A DNA stretch of 64,000 nucleotides from the human T2T-CHM13v2.0 reference genome, Homo sapiens. The notes under the pieces were generated by a model. The model was not told the origin of the DNA. It did not search any database and was given only the letters and a program-made list of their open reading frames with translations. A program made the translations under genes and the position numbers. Shown piece after piece: positions 25,026 to 39,170 of this stretch (the stretch's first letter is position 1; every line of letters starts with the position of its first letter). The stretch lies in the NCBI RefSeq assembly GCF_009914755.1, contig NC_060926.1; one strand, written 5' to 3'.

Positions 25026-27935
25026 TATACGGTCTTTTGGCTTTCATTCTGGGTACTTTCAGCAGCAAAGAGTCTCTATAAATTTCTTAGTTACAGATAG
25101 CCTTTTGTGGTGTTTTTTTCAAATACTGATTCCAGTTGTGATGTATGGGACATGTGGGCAGGCTCATAGCCTCTAGTGGAGCTAGGGTGACAGAAGTCAC
25201 AGGAAGCTTATCTCATTCTCTAGTGCTGTGCACTTGTCTCAGCAGATTTTCTACTGTGTTGTGACATTCAACCTCCAGGCCAGTAGGTGGTACTTATAGG
25301 TAAGATTTGGCTGCAGCTAATGCAGATTGGTACATATATTATCCTGTTTACTGGGAGAAACTCTCTATTGCCTTAGGAAGAGGGCTGATTTTTCTCAGAT
25401 GAACACTCTTTTCCCATCTTCTCCTCCCTGGGATCTGAAGTGTCCTTTGCTCTTCTGGTAAATTCTCATTTTCCTTCTTGAATTGAAGCTCACAGGCTTG
25501 ATCTTTACACAGTATTTTGCTATTTCCAAGTGGTTGAAACTTGATAAAAGCCTCTAATCTTCATCTTGTTAAAAACAAATGAACAAACAAAAAACAACAA
25601 AAATATCCCACATTTGTTATTTTCTATTTTTTTAAATGCCCATCCTATCAGATGTGAGGTGATATCTCACTATTGTTTTCAGTTTCATTTCCTTGTTGAT
25701 TAGTGATATTGAGAATCTTTTCATATACATGTTGCCATTTGTATGTCTTCTTTGAAGAAATGTCTATTCATATACTTATTTTGTATATTTTTAATTAAGT
25801 TTTATGGTTTTCTTGTATATTTTGGATATTAACCACTTATACAGTTTAGAAATATCTTCTCTCATTCTGTAGGTTGCCTTTTCACTCTGTTGATTGTTTC
25901 CTTTGTTGCACATAAACTTTTAGATTGACATATTCCAAATTGTCTATTTTTGTGTTTGTTGCTTGTGGTTTTGATGTTATATCCAACTTTTTGATGCCAA
26001 TATAGTGTTATAAAGATTTGCCTTCATGTGTTCTTTTAGGAGTTTTATGGCTTTAGGTCTTATGTCTTTAATCCACTTAGACTTGATTTTTGCATATAGC
26101 ATACGATAAAATTCCATTTTTATTTTTGCATGTAGATATTCAACTTTACCAAATCTATTTATGGAAAAGACTATCCTTTCCCCATTGTGTATTCTTGGTA
26201 TCTTTGTTGGAGATCATTTGACTATACATGTGTGGGTTTATTTCTGGGCTCTCTATTCTATTTGATTGGATTACATGTCTATCTTTATGCCAGTACTATT
26301 CTCTTGATTACTATAGTCTTGTCATATGTATTGAATTTCAGAAGTGTGGGGCGTCCAGGATTGTTCTTTCTCAAGATTGTTTTGGCTCTATGGGATTCTT
26401 TGTTTCCATATTAAATTTAGTATTTTTTTTCTATTTCTGAACAAAAAGTCACTGAGATTTTGATAGGGGTTGCATTGACATTGTACATTGCTTTATGTAA
26501 TAAGAACATTTTAGCAATATTAAATCTTCCAAGCCACAAACACAGTATGTCCTTCCATTTACCTATGTCTTCTTTATTCTTTGAACAATGTTTTGTAATT
26601 TTCAATATGCAAGCTTTTCACATCCCTGGATAAGTTTACCCTTAATTACTTCTTTTTGGATACTAATGTAAATAGGACTACTTTTTAAATTTCCCTTTTA
26701 GATTTTTTTTTTTTTGTTGCAAGAAATACAACTGATATTTGTATGTTGATTTTGTATCTTGAAAGTTTACTGAATTTGTTTATTATTTCTAACAGGATTT
26801 TAAAAAGTCTTTAGAGTTTTCTGTATATGAGATCATGTCATCTGCAAACAGGGACTTAGGTTTGGGGGCACATATGCAGGTTTGTTATATGGGTAAGTTG
26901 CATGTTGCAGGGGTTGGTGTACATGCAACTTACCCATATAACTATGCTAATAAGCATAGTCCTGATAGATAGTTTTTTTTTTATCCTCTACCCTCAAACA
27001 GGCCCCAGTGTATATTATTCCCTTCTTTGTCCATATGTACCCAATGTTTAGCTCCCACTTATAAGTGAGAACATGCTGTATTTGGTTATCTGTTCCTACA
27101 TTAATTTGCTTAGGAAAATGGCCTGCAGCTGCATCCATGTTGCTACAAACAAAAGGCATGATGGTATTCTTTTTTTTGATGGATAATGTTCCATGCTGTA
27201 TAGGTACCACATGTACCACATTTTCTTTATCGAATCGCTGTTGGGCATCTAAGTTGATTCCATGTATTAGTTATTGAGAACAATGCTGCAATGAGCATAC
27301 ACCTGCATGTGTCTTTATGGTATAACAATTTATTTACCTTCGGATATATATCCAGTAATGCATTTTCTGGGTCAGATGGTAGTTCTGTATTAAATTCTTT
27401 GAGAAGTCTTCAAAATGCTTCCCATGATGGCTGAAATAATTTAGATTCTACCAAGCAGTACATAACCATTCCCTTTTCTCTTCAACCTTGCCAGCATATA
27501 TTAATTTTTGACTTTGTTATAGTAGCCATTCTGACTGAGGTGAGATACTATCTCATTGTGGTTTTGATTTGCATTTCTCTAATGATTAGTAATGCTGAGC
27601 ACTCATAATGCTTTTTGGCCACATGTGCCTTCTCTTGAGAAGTGTCTGTTCATGTCCTTTTTTTTTTTAATAAAGGGGTTGTTTTCTGCTTGTAAATTTG
27701 TTAAAGTTCCTTATACATTCTGGATATTAGACCTTTGTCAGATGCACAGTTTGCAAAATATTTTCTCCCATTCTGTAAGTTGTCTGTTTACTCTATTGAT
27801 AGTTTATATTTTGATGTGCGGAAACTTTATTTAGGTAACATTGGTCAATTTTCTTTCTTGTTGCAATTATGTTTAGTATCTTCATCATAAAATTTTTGCC
27901 AGGTTCTATGTTCAGAATGGAATTTCTTAGGTTAT

Positions 27936-28313
27936 TCATATGGTTAGACTCTGTGTCCCCACCCATATCTCATCTTGAATTATAATCCCCATAATTCCCA
28001 CATGTCAAGGGTGGTACCTGGTGGAAGGTGATTGGATCATAGAGGCAATTTCCCCCATGCTGTTCTCATGATAGTGAGTGAGTTCTCATGGGATCTAATG
28101 GTTTCATAAGCATTTGAGAATTCCTCCTACATGTGCTCTCTCTCTCTCTTTTTCACCTGTGCCATGTAAGACGTGCCTCTTTCCCTTCCACTATGATTGT
28201 AAATTTCCTGAGGCCTTCCCAGCCATATGGAATGAGTCTATTAAACCTCCTTCCTTTATAAATTACCCAGTCTTGGGTATTTATTTATAGCAATGTAAGA
28301 ACAAAATAATACA
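27936..28313 (+). mobile_element. THE1D/MSTA-like MaLR solo LTR inside L1
   Basis: atatggttagactctgtgtccccaccc ... aattacccagtcttgggtatt..aataca; TSD gttat/gttgt. Confidence 0.88.
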
Positions 28314-28924
28314 GTTGTCTTCAAGGGTTTTTAGTTTTAACTTTAAGTCTTCAATCTATCTTGAGTTAATTATTGTATATGGTATAAGGAAGGGGTCCAG
28401 TTTCAATCTTTTGCATATGACTGGCCAGTTATCGCAGCACCATTTATTAAATACAGAGTCCTTTCTCCATTGCTTATTTTTGTCAGGTTTGTCAAAGATC
28501 AGACAGCTGTAGGTGTACAGCATTATTTCTAGCTTCTCTAGTCTATTCCATTGGTCTATGTGTCTGTTCTTGTACTAGTACCATGCTGTTTTGGTTTCTC
28601 TATCCTTTTATTATAGCTTGAAATCAGGTAATGTGATGGTTTAGCTTTGTTCTTTTTGCTTAGAATTGCTTTGACTATTCAGGCTCTTTTGTGGTTCTAT
28701 ATGCATTTTAGAATTTTGTGAAAAATGTAATCAGTATTGTTGTAGGTATAGCATTGAATCTGTACATTGCTTTGGGAAGTATGGCCATTTTAATGATACT
28801 GATTCTTTTTATCTATGAGAATGAAATGTGTTTCCATTTGTTTGTGTCATTCCTGATTTCTTTCAGCAGTGTTTCTTAATTCTCATTATAGAGCTTTTTC
28901 ACCTCCCTGGTTAGCTCTGTTTCT

Positions 28925-28925
<1 letters not shown>

Positions 28926-28962
<37 letters not shown>

Positions 28963-28966
28963 TGTG
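28926..28966. repeat. (TG)n microsatellite
   Basis: Direct reading. Confidence 0.95.
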
Positions 28967-30051
28967 CATGCGTGCTTCTTAGCTTGGATATTGTTGGTGT
29001 ATGGAAATGCTTCTCATTTTTGTACACTTGTATCCTGAACCTTTGCTGAATTTGTTTAAAAGATCTAGGAGCTTTGGGCAGAGACTATGGAGTTTTCTAC
29101 ATATAAAATTATATCATCTGTGAAGAGAGATAGTTCAACTACCTCTCTTCCTATTTGGATGCATTTTACTTCGTTGTTTAGCTTGATTGCTCTGGCTGCA
29201 ACTTCTGCTACTATGTTGAATAGGAGTGGTGAGAGTGAGCATTCTTGTCTTCTTCCAGTTCTCAAGGGGAATGCTTCCAGTTTTTGCCCATTCAGTATGA
29301 TGTTGGCTGTGGGTTTGTCATAGATGCTTCTTATTTTGAGGTATATTCCTTTAATGCCTACTTTGTTGAGGGTTCTTAACATGAAGCGATGTTGAATTTT
29401 ATCAAAAGTTTTTCTGCATCTATTTAGATAATCATGTGGTTTTGTTTTTAGTTCTGTTTATGTGATGAATAACATTTATTGATTGGCATATCTGGAATCA
29501 ACCTTGTATCCGAAGAATAAAGCCTACTTGATCATGGGGGATTACTTTTTGAATTACTGATGGAATCCGTTTGCTAGTATTTTGTTGAGAATTTTTCCAT
29601 CTATGTTCATTAGGAATATTGACCTGAAGTTTTCTTTTTTCATTGTGCCTCTGCCAGGTTTTGGTATCAGAATGATCCTAGCCTCGTAGAACGAGTTAGG
29701 GAGGAAATCCTCCTGCTCTGTTTTTAAGAATAATTTCAATAGAATTTAAATCATATCTTCCTTATTGTCTGGTAGAATTCAGCTGCAAATACATCTGGTC
29801 CAGATTTTCTCTGGTGGGTAGGCCTTTTGTTATGATTAAATTTCAGAACTTGTTATTTGTCAGCTAGGTGTTTCAGTTTCTTCCTTTTTCAATCTTGGGA
29901 GGTTGCATGTTTCTAGGATTTTATCCGTTTCTTCTAAGTTTTCTAGTTTGTGTTCATAGAGGTGTTTGTAATAGTCTCCAAGGGTGTTTTCCTGTTTCTG
30001 CAGGGTCAGTGGCAATGTTTCCTTTGCCATTTCTAATTATATTTATTTATA

Positions 30052-31155
30052 TTTAGATTATATCTAGAAAAACCTAAAGACTCCACCCAAAAAAAAAAAA
30101 CTGAAGTTGTGATGAATGACTTCAGTAAAGTTGCAGGATACAAAATCAGTGTAAAAAATTAGTAATATTTCTATATTCAAAATAACCATCTAGCCAACAA
30201 AGAAATCAAGAAAGCAACCCCATGTACAGTAGCTACGAAAAAGTAACAAAATACTTAGGAATAATTTTAACCAAGGAAGTGAAAGGCCTCTATAAGGAAA
30301 ACCACAAAATACCAATGAAAGAAATTGAATATGACACAAACGAATGGAAAAAGATTTGATGCTCATGTTTTAGAATAATTAATATCAATAAAATGACCAT
30401 ATTGCCCAAAGCAATCTATGGATTTAATGCAATCTTTGTCAAAATACCAACATCATTCTTCACAAAATCAGAAAAAAATCCTGAAATTCATATCGAATCA
30501 TAAAAGAGCCTGAATCATCAAAGCAGTTCTAAACAAAAATAACTACACTGGAGGCATCACATTACCTGACTTCAAAATATGTGGCAAGGCTATCTAGCCA
30601 AAGCAGCATGATATTGGCATAAGAATAGACACATAGACCAATGGAGCAGAATAGAGAACCCACAAATAAAGCCACACATCGAGAGCCAACTGATTTTTGG
30701 AAAAGCTAACAAGAACTTACACTGGGAAAAGGACACCCTCTTGAGTAAATGGTTCTGGGAAAATTTGGATAGTCACATGCAGAAGAATGAAACTGGACCT
30801 TGTCTATCACCATAGGCAAAAATCAATTCAAATGAATTAAAGACATAAATTTAAGACCTGAAATTATAAAAATACTAGAAGAAAACAGGGAAAACTCTCC
30901 TGGACATTGTTCTAGGTAAATATTTTATGATTAACACCTCAAAAAGCACAGGCAACAAAAACAAAAACTGATAAATGGGACTATATTAAACTAAAAAGCA
31001 TATGGACAAAAATCAATGGAGTGAAGAGACAACCTCTTGAAAGGAAGAAAATATTTGCGAACTATTCATTCAACACAGGACTAATATCCATCGTCTACAA
31101 GGAACTCAAACAACTCAGCAGGAAAAAAATATATGTAATCCCATTATAAAGTTGG
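30052..31155 (+). mobile_element. Internal L1 ORF2 fragment (L1MA/PB-like) in opposite orientation
   Basis: ctagaaaaacctaaagactccacc..ttcagtaaagttgcaggatacaaaatc..agacacatagaccaatgg..aatcccatt; no 3'UTR or poly(A). Confidence 0.85.
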
Positions 31156-33665
31156 TGAGGGGAAGAATGCTGAGTATAGGCCCTTGATGTCTTCTGGCTC
31201 AGAGTTGCTGGTGAAAAATCTGCTTTTAGCCTGATGGAGCTCCCTTTCATGCAACCTGTTTCTTCTCTCTGGCTGCCTTTAAAATTTTTTCTTCCATTTT
31301 GACCTTGGAGGATTTGATATCTGTGTGTCTTGAGGATGGTTATCTCATACGATATCTTGCAGGGATTCTCTGCATTTCCTAAATTTGAACATCAGCCTCT
31401 CTAGTGAAGTTGGGGAAGTTTTCATGGACAATATCTTGAAATATGTTTTCGAAGTCCCTCTTTTTACAGGGATGCCAATGAGTAGTATGCTTGGGGTCTT
31501 TACATAACCCGTATTTCCCAGAGGCTTCATTTATTCTTTTTTATTTTTATTTTTATTTTTATTTTGTCTGAGTTGATTCAAAGAGCCAGTTTTTTGTGTG
31601 TGAGCTCTGAGATTTTTAATCTTTGTCTATTTTGTTAATACTTCTGATTACATTATGAAATTTTTATAGTGAGTTTTTCAACTCGATCAGATCAGTTTGG
31701 TTCTTTCTTAAAATGAGTATATTCCACTTCAGCTCTTATATTGTTTTATTGTATTCCTTAGATTCCCTCGATTGGATTTCAACTTTCATTTAAATCTCAA
31801 TGATCTTGATTCCTATTCATATTTCAAATTCTATGTCTGTCATTTCAGCCTGGTTAAGAACCATTGTTGGGGAACTAGTGCAGTTGCTTGCAGGTAAGAA
31901 GATACTCTGGCTTTTTTAGTTTCTTGAGTTCTTGTGTTGGTTCTTTCTTGTGTGGGCTGATGTTCCTTTAATCTTTGAAGTTGCTGTCCTTTGGATAGGG
32001 ATTTTGCTTTTATATTCTTTGATACCCTTGAGGGAGTGACTGTCATATAAAGTCGGTTCAGTCAACTGGCTTCATTTCAAGAAGATTTCAGAGGATGAGG
32101 CTCAGCTGAGTACCCCTAGGCTGTATGCTTTAACTTTGAGGGGTTGGTACCAGCCCAAAGCTTTGTTCTCTGGTCCCTCCGGGTTAAGTACCTGCTGAGT
32201 TGGAGGTGTCAAGGTGTTTCTACTCTATGTCAACAGTACTGTAATGGGAGATATCATCAAAAGTTCTTTGATGGGGTTGGGCAGCAGCATCTGTATACAA
32301 GTGTGCATTAGTGGTGGTGGTGACTTGGCAGGGTCTTCAAGCATCAACTGGGTAGGACACCAACCAAGGCCAGGTAGCAGCATCTGCGAGTGCCAGTGCA
32401 AGAGTGGCAATGGTGTTTGTGCCCATGCACTCATACCAACAGTGGCGGGTGTGGTGGGGTGCGTGCTTGTGTGTACTAGTCAGGGCAGGGTGATAGGTCT
32501 GCTTGTGCATGCCAACACAATGGTGTTGGGGGACTGTAGGAGAGTGTGCTCTGGCAGAGCAGCAGGGGCAATTTTATTTATTTTTTTGAGAAGCCTTTTT
32601 TTCCCTATTGACTTCCTGTTGAATAAAGGTGGCTAGAGTGGGCATCTTCATCTTAGAAGGGCAGTTCTTCATCTTAGAAGAAAGGCTTTCAGAATTAATC
32701 TTGAGTTTGATGTTAGCTGTGGGCTTTTTATATATGGCCTTTATTACATTGAACTAGTTTATTTCTCCTCCTAGTTTGTTGAATTTTTTTTATCATTAAA
32801 GGGTATTAAATTATGTTAAATATTTTTTTAGCATCTATTTATATCATTATGTGATTTTTAAAAATTCTTCATTAATATGGTATATCATGTTGATTTTTGT
32901 ATGTTGAACCATCCTTGCATCCCAGGGATAAATCTTACTTGATCAAGATGTGTGATCCTTTCAACATACTCTTAAATTCAGTTTGATCTATTTTGTTGAG
33001 TATTTGTATATCTTTTTTCATTAGAGATATTGACCTGTAATTTTCTTAGAGTGGCTTCGTCTGGCTTTGATATCAGGATGATGCTTGCTCTATCAAATGA
33101 GTTTGGAAGTGTTTTCTCCTCTTCAATTTTTTGAAAGGTTTTGGAAGAAAATAATTGGCATTAGTTTATTAAATATTTGTTAGAATTCACCAGTGAAGCT
33201 ATCAGTTCTTGAGCTTCTCTTTGTTGGAGATTTTTTTATTACTGATTCTATGTAATTACTAGTTATAGATCTGTTCAATTTTTATTTAGTCATTACTTAG
33301 TCTTGGTAGATTGTATATTTCTAAAAATTTATTTCTTCTGGGTTATCTAATTTGTTGGAGAATAATTATTCATGCTAGTCTCTTATAATCCTTTTTATTT
33401 CTGTAGAGTAAGTTGTAATGTCTATCATTTCTGAATTTATTTATTTAAGGCTTCTCTATTTTTCTTAGTTCAGCTAAGGCATTCTTAAATTTTTTTATGT
33501 TTTTAAAAATTCAACTTTTGGTTTTATTATTTTTTTTCAATTTTCTTTTAGTCTCTATTTTACTTATGTAAGTCTAATCTTTATTTTCTTCCTTCTGCTA
33601 AATTTGTGTTTAGTTTTTTAAATGTAATTTGCCATTTTATATATTTTTTTCTTTTCTTCCTGTTT

Positions 33666-33873
33666 TCTTTTTGGAGACAGGGTCTCACTTTGTTGCCCAG
33701 ACTGGATTGCAGTGGCATGATCAAAGCTCACTAGAACCTAGAACTTTAGACTCAAGTGATCCTGCCACTTCAGTCTCCCAAGTAGCTGAGAATACAAGCG
33801 TGTACCACCATGAGTGGCTAATTTTTTTAATTTTTAGTAGAGAGAAGGTCTTGCTATGTTCCCCAGGCTGGTC
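33666..33873 (-). mobile_element. AluJ-type partial
   Basis: gagacagggtctcactttgttgcccag..ctcaagtgatcctgccacttcagtctcccaagtagctg..gtcttgctatgttccccaggctggtc. Confidence 0.85.
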
Positions 33874-34148
33874 CTTTTCTTAGGTAGGTGTTTATCACTG
33901 TGACTTCTCTTTTAGTACTGCTTTTGCTATATTCCATAAATTTTGATATGTTGTGCTTTCATCTTTGTTTAGCTTTGAATAGCTTTGGTTACTCTGGGTC
34001 TTTTGATGTTACATATAATTTGATGTTACATACAAGATATTTTCTAAATTTTCTTTTGATTTCTTCTTTGACCCAATCATTATTCAAGAGTATGTTGTTT
34101 AATTTCCTCACATTTATTTTTTTTTCAGTTTTCCTTCTGTTATTGATT

Positions 34149-36592
34149 TACCCTACTACTTTTCCCAGCTCTGGTAATCATCCTTTTACTCTCTATCTCC
34201 ATGAGCTCAATTACTGTAATGTTTAGATCCAACAAATAGGTGAGAACATAGGACGTTTGTCTTTCTGTGCCTGGCTTATTTCACTTAACATAATACTCTT
34301 TCATTCCATCCATGTTTTTGCAAATGACAGGATCTAATTCTTTTCTTTTAGAGTACTATTTTCATTCATCTTTTGAGGGACACTTACGTTGCTTTCAAAT
34401 CTTACCTGTTGTGAACAGTGCTGCAGCAAACATGGATGTGCAGATATCTCTTTCATGTACTAATTTCCTTTCTTTTGGGTAGGAACCCAGCAGTGGGATT
34501 GCTGGATCATATGGTGGCTCAATTTTTAGCTTTTTTGAGCAAGCTTCAAATTCTTCTCAATAGTGGTTATAATAATTTGTATTCCCATCAATAGTGTACA
34601 AGAGTTCCCTTTTCTCCATATCCTTCCCAGCATTTGTTATTATCTGACTTTTGCATATAAGCCATTTTAACTGCTGTGAGATGATATGTCATTGTGGTTT
34701 TGATTTACATTTCTCTTGTGTTCAGTGACTTTGAGCATCATTTCATGTGCCTGTTTGTCATGTGTATGTCTTCATTTGACAAATGCCTATTCACTTTTTT
34801 TGCCCATTTTTGATTGGAATATTAGATTTTTACCTATAGAGTTGTTTGTGCTTCTTTTGTATTCTGTTACTAGTCCCTTGTCAGATGGGTAGTTTGAAAT
34901 TTTTTTCTCCCATTTTATGGGTTGTCTCTTCACTTTCTTGATTGTTTCCTTTGCTGTCCAGAAGCTTTTTAACTTAGTGTGATCTCATTTTTCCATTTTT
35001 GCTTTGGTTCCCTGTGCTTGTGGGGTATTATTCAGGAAATTTTTGCCCAGACCAATGTGCTAGAGATTTTCCCCAATGTTTTCTTATAGTAGTTTTATAA
35101 TGTGAGATCTTATATTTACATCTTTAATCCATTTTAATATGATTTTTGTATATGGTGAAAGAGTGGGGTCAAGTTTAATTCTTCTACATATTGATATCTA
35201 GTTTTCTCAGTACCATTTATTGAAGAGACTATCTTTTCTTCAATGTATATTCTTGGCACCATTGTTAAATATGAGTTCACTGTAGCTGTATGGATTTGTT
35301 TATGGGTTTTCCATTCTATTTCTTTGGTTTTTTATATTATTTTTTGGTGTGTTTTTAATTTTCATGCTGGTACCTGTGTAACTGTTTTTATGCCAATACC
35401 CTCCTGTTCTGGTTGCTGTAGCACCAGATTTGAAGTCAGGTAATGTGATTCATCCAGCTTTGTTCCTTTTGCTCAAAATAGCTTTGGTTATTCTGGGTCT
35501 TTTGATATTACATATAAATTTTAGGATTTTTTTTTGAATTTCTGTGAAGAATGTCCTTGGTATTTTGATAAGGATTATACTGAAACTGTAGATTACTTTG
35601 GGTAGTATGGACATTTTGATGATATTGAATCTTCCAATCCATGAACATGGAATATCTTTTACCTTTTGGTGTCCACTTCAGTTTCTTTCATCAGTATTTT
35701 ATAGTTTTTATCATAGAGATCTTTCACTTCTTTGATTAGGTTAATCCTTAGGTTTTTTATTTTATTTGTGGCTACTGTAAATGGGATTCCTCTTATTTAT
35801 TTATTTATTTATTTTTTACCATTAGTATATAGAAATGCTATGATTTTTATATGTTGATTTTGTGTCCTGCAACTTTACTGAACTGATCAGTTCTTATAGT
35901 TTTCTTGTGGAGTCTTTAGGTTTTTTTTAAATAAAAGATTATATTATCTGCAAACAAGGATAATTTGACTTCTTCCACTCCAATTTGGATGCCCTTTATT
36001 TATTTCTCTTGTCTGATTGCTTTAACTAGGACTCCCAGTACTATGTTGAATAACAGTGGTGAAAGTGGGTATTTTTGTCACATTTTAGATGTCAGGGGAA
36101 AGCCTTTCAGATTTTCCCCTTTCAATATGATACTAGCTGGGGGTCTATCATATATGGCTTTTATTATGTTGAGATATGTTCCTTCTATACCCAGTTTTTT
36201 TGACAATTTTTATCATGAAGGGATGTTGAATTGTATCCAATGTTTTTTCAGCACCAATTGAAATGATCATATAGTTTTTGTCTTTCATTCTGTTAATGCG
36301 ATGTATCATAGTGATTGATTTGTGTATGTTGCATCCCAGGGATAAGTCTTGTTTGATCATGATACATGATAATGACCTTCCTTCCTTGCATCCCAGGGAT
36401 AAGTCTTGTTTGATCATGATAAATGATCTTTTTAGTGTATTGTTGAATTCAGTTTGCTTGTATTTTGTTGAGGCTTTTTGCATAAATATTCAACAGCGCA
36501 TTGACTAGTAGTTTTCTTTTTTTGAAGTGTGTTTGTGTGGTTTTGGTATCAGGGTAATACTGGATTCATAGAATGAATTTGGAAATACTCCC
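34149..36592 (-). mobile_element. L1MA-type ORF2/3'UTR fragment lacking its extreme 3' end
   Basis: cccagctctggtaatcatccttttactctctatctccatgag 3'UTR; continuous ORF2 antisense to ~36590. Confidence 0.85.
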
Positions 36593-36599
36593 TAACCCA

Positions 36600-37008
36600 A
36601 TACACAGAAATGTTCTCCACATCATGCCACCACTGTGGAGGAGTGAAGAACTGAGGTTGGTAGGGGGTGGATGATATTGGAGGTTCAACTGTCTTTTTCT
36701 TCCCCTTCTGTGCCCCTTTCAGTGACATGAAGTTAAAATCAGATACTGTGAGTACTGAATTTTAGTGCTTGTGAAGGTGCTTTTCTTTTGTAGTTGTTAA
36801 ATTGGTGTCCTTCTGAGTGGGACAATCAATGGAGACTTGCATTCTGCCATCTTGGTCTGACTCCCACTCTTCTTCATTTTTGAGGGAAATTTTTGCCAGA
36901 CATACCATTCCAATTTGCTAGTTTGGTTTTTTTTTAACTTTAGCACTTTGAATATATTATTTTCCATTCTGGCTTGCAAGATTTCTGCTAAATCTATTTT
37001 GTAAAACA
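36600..37008 (-). mobile_element. L1 5'-end and ORF1 fragments
   Basis: cattctgccatcttg 5' terminus motif; tagcactttgaatata..ctggcttgcaagatttctgct ORF1 antisense. Confidence 0.55.
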
Positions 37009-37009
37009 T

Positions 37010-38305
37010 TGGTCAAGGGTATATCTGCTGGACCTTCCCAGGTGAGATAAGTAGGTTTAAAGAGACTAATCCACTCCACCATCCCAATCTCCCTAAGCCT
37101 TTGGATCCCTTCCCTACATTAACCAAGGGATATCAGGCATTTCCAGTTCACTCATGTGGGCCATCTTTTAATCCATATTTCAGCTAACCAAGCAAATAAA
37201 CTATTAGAACCTTTTTTAACTCTCCAAGCTGCAACATTAAATGCAGAATCCCAACTTAGTGGGCCCAAATCAATAAGTTCAGCCTTATCCAACTCTATGT
37301 TCTTCCACCATCATCCCACACCCTTAATATCCATCCCCATGCCTGTTCTCCAGATTTTTTCTTATATAAATTTGAAAACTCAAGCAGTTCTTTGAGTGCA
37401 GCACACCTCCTCATGGGTCACATTCTGCACCTCACCTCTAGGGGCCCACCGGACTTTAGTCTTGTTATAGGTCTAGAAGCAAACAGGGGTGTTGTGTGTG
37501 GCTCCTGAGGAGAATCAACATTATCTTGCCTGATAACTGTCTCAGGGGAGGCCATCACTGTTGACTCAGGCAACACAGAGTTTATCTCCTTAGACAAGGG
37601 TGGAAAGTCTGATGGCAGCATGAGTTGGAGAGGATGTTGCCTCTACTGGGAATGAGGAAGCTGTTTGTTCTGGCAGAAATGGTTCGTCGTAGTTTAAAAA
37701 CTCAGTGTCCCCAGCTTCATCAGAATCCTTTTACATGTCCCTGTTCCAAGTTGCAGGATCCCATTCTTTTCCAATCAATGCCCTCACTTCAACAGACACC
37801 TGCATGCACCTTTCATTGCAGGTCAGCCACTCACATGATAAGAGTTTGTGTCTGCCTTTCCACAATTTCAGCTCTTTCTCTACAGGAGATAAGACTCAGG
37901 GCAATCCTAGAAGATTTGAAGCTCGGTATCTGCTTCTGAAGCCAGGAGTTAGAATCCCTGAGTTCATTTTCTTTCATCACTTTGTGCAGTGAACTTAGGA
38001 GCAACCAACCAACTTCATTAGGTTCCTTCATTCTCTACATATAGTCAAAGGTATTATATATAGAGTCACTAAACTCCTTGCCTCTCACAAGCAGTGAATC
38101 AGGAGTGTCAAATGCATTTATTTGGCATAACTCTCTAAACAGTTCACACCAAGGACTATTAGTTTCTCCACACTATTAGAAGTAGAGTCCTTAGCATTTT
38201 GGAGTCTAATCATATTAAGCAGCCAGCTCCAAAAACTCCAAGACCAACAAAAGAACTCCATCCTTAGTATTTTGTTCCTCTAGAACCACTCTTGGTACCA
38301 AAATC
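37010..38305 (-). mobile_element. HERVL internal fragment (leader plus degenerate gag)
   Basis: ERVL gag-like peptides (ORFs 37418-37621 and 37831-38031 GWLLLSSL..KENELRDSNS); PBS region gattttggtaccaagagtggttc on the - strand next to the LTR. Confidence 0.85.
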
Positions 38306-39075
<770 letters not shown>

Positions 39076-39170
39076 GTTCCCATTTCCTTATCTGCAAACT
39101 GATGATAATGGTGCCTACCTCACGGTCAGGGAATTAGGTTAGAATGGGAGAGCTCTGTAATTAATAATAC
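39076..39170 (+). mobile_element. MIR fragment
   Basis: tttccttatctgcaaactgatgataatggtgcctacctcac. Confidence 0.6.

Larger units (their letters stand above)
21972..25547 (-). mobile_element. L1PB-type element with internal deletions, nested in the host L1
   Basis: 3'UTR cacccattacccaaatagtgaatattgtacccaatagg; ORF2 remnants (ORF 23219-23548); EN and ORF1 pieces 24085-24905; 5' end aagcctctaatcttcatcttg. Confidence 0.8.
26856..32566 (-). mobile_element. L1PA15/16-like long element nested in the host L1 (3'UTR-ORF2 26856-30050; ORF1 and 5'UTR ~31160-32566)
   Basis: 3'UTR ggtttgggggcacatatgcaggtttg; RT remnants (ORFs 29065-29382 [25 protein letters not shown] and 29554-29739); ORF1-like 31345-32046. 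Confidence 0.8.
21285..34148 (-). mobile_element. Old host L1 (L1MA9/L1MB-like) in three pieces: ~21285-21970, ~25548-26855, ~32567-34148
   Basis: 3'UTR at 21285; the sequence resumes co-linearly after each insertion (cacttgttcttttc / catttgttattttc; tctgcaaacagggac / aatttta). Confidence 0.75.

Noticed and set aside
32641-32680. Short tandem duplications (also 40313-40340, 48070-48107, 1618-1639)
   Set aside because: Real but ordinary slippage products of 10-21 bp
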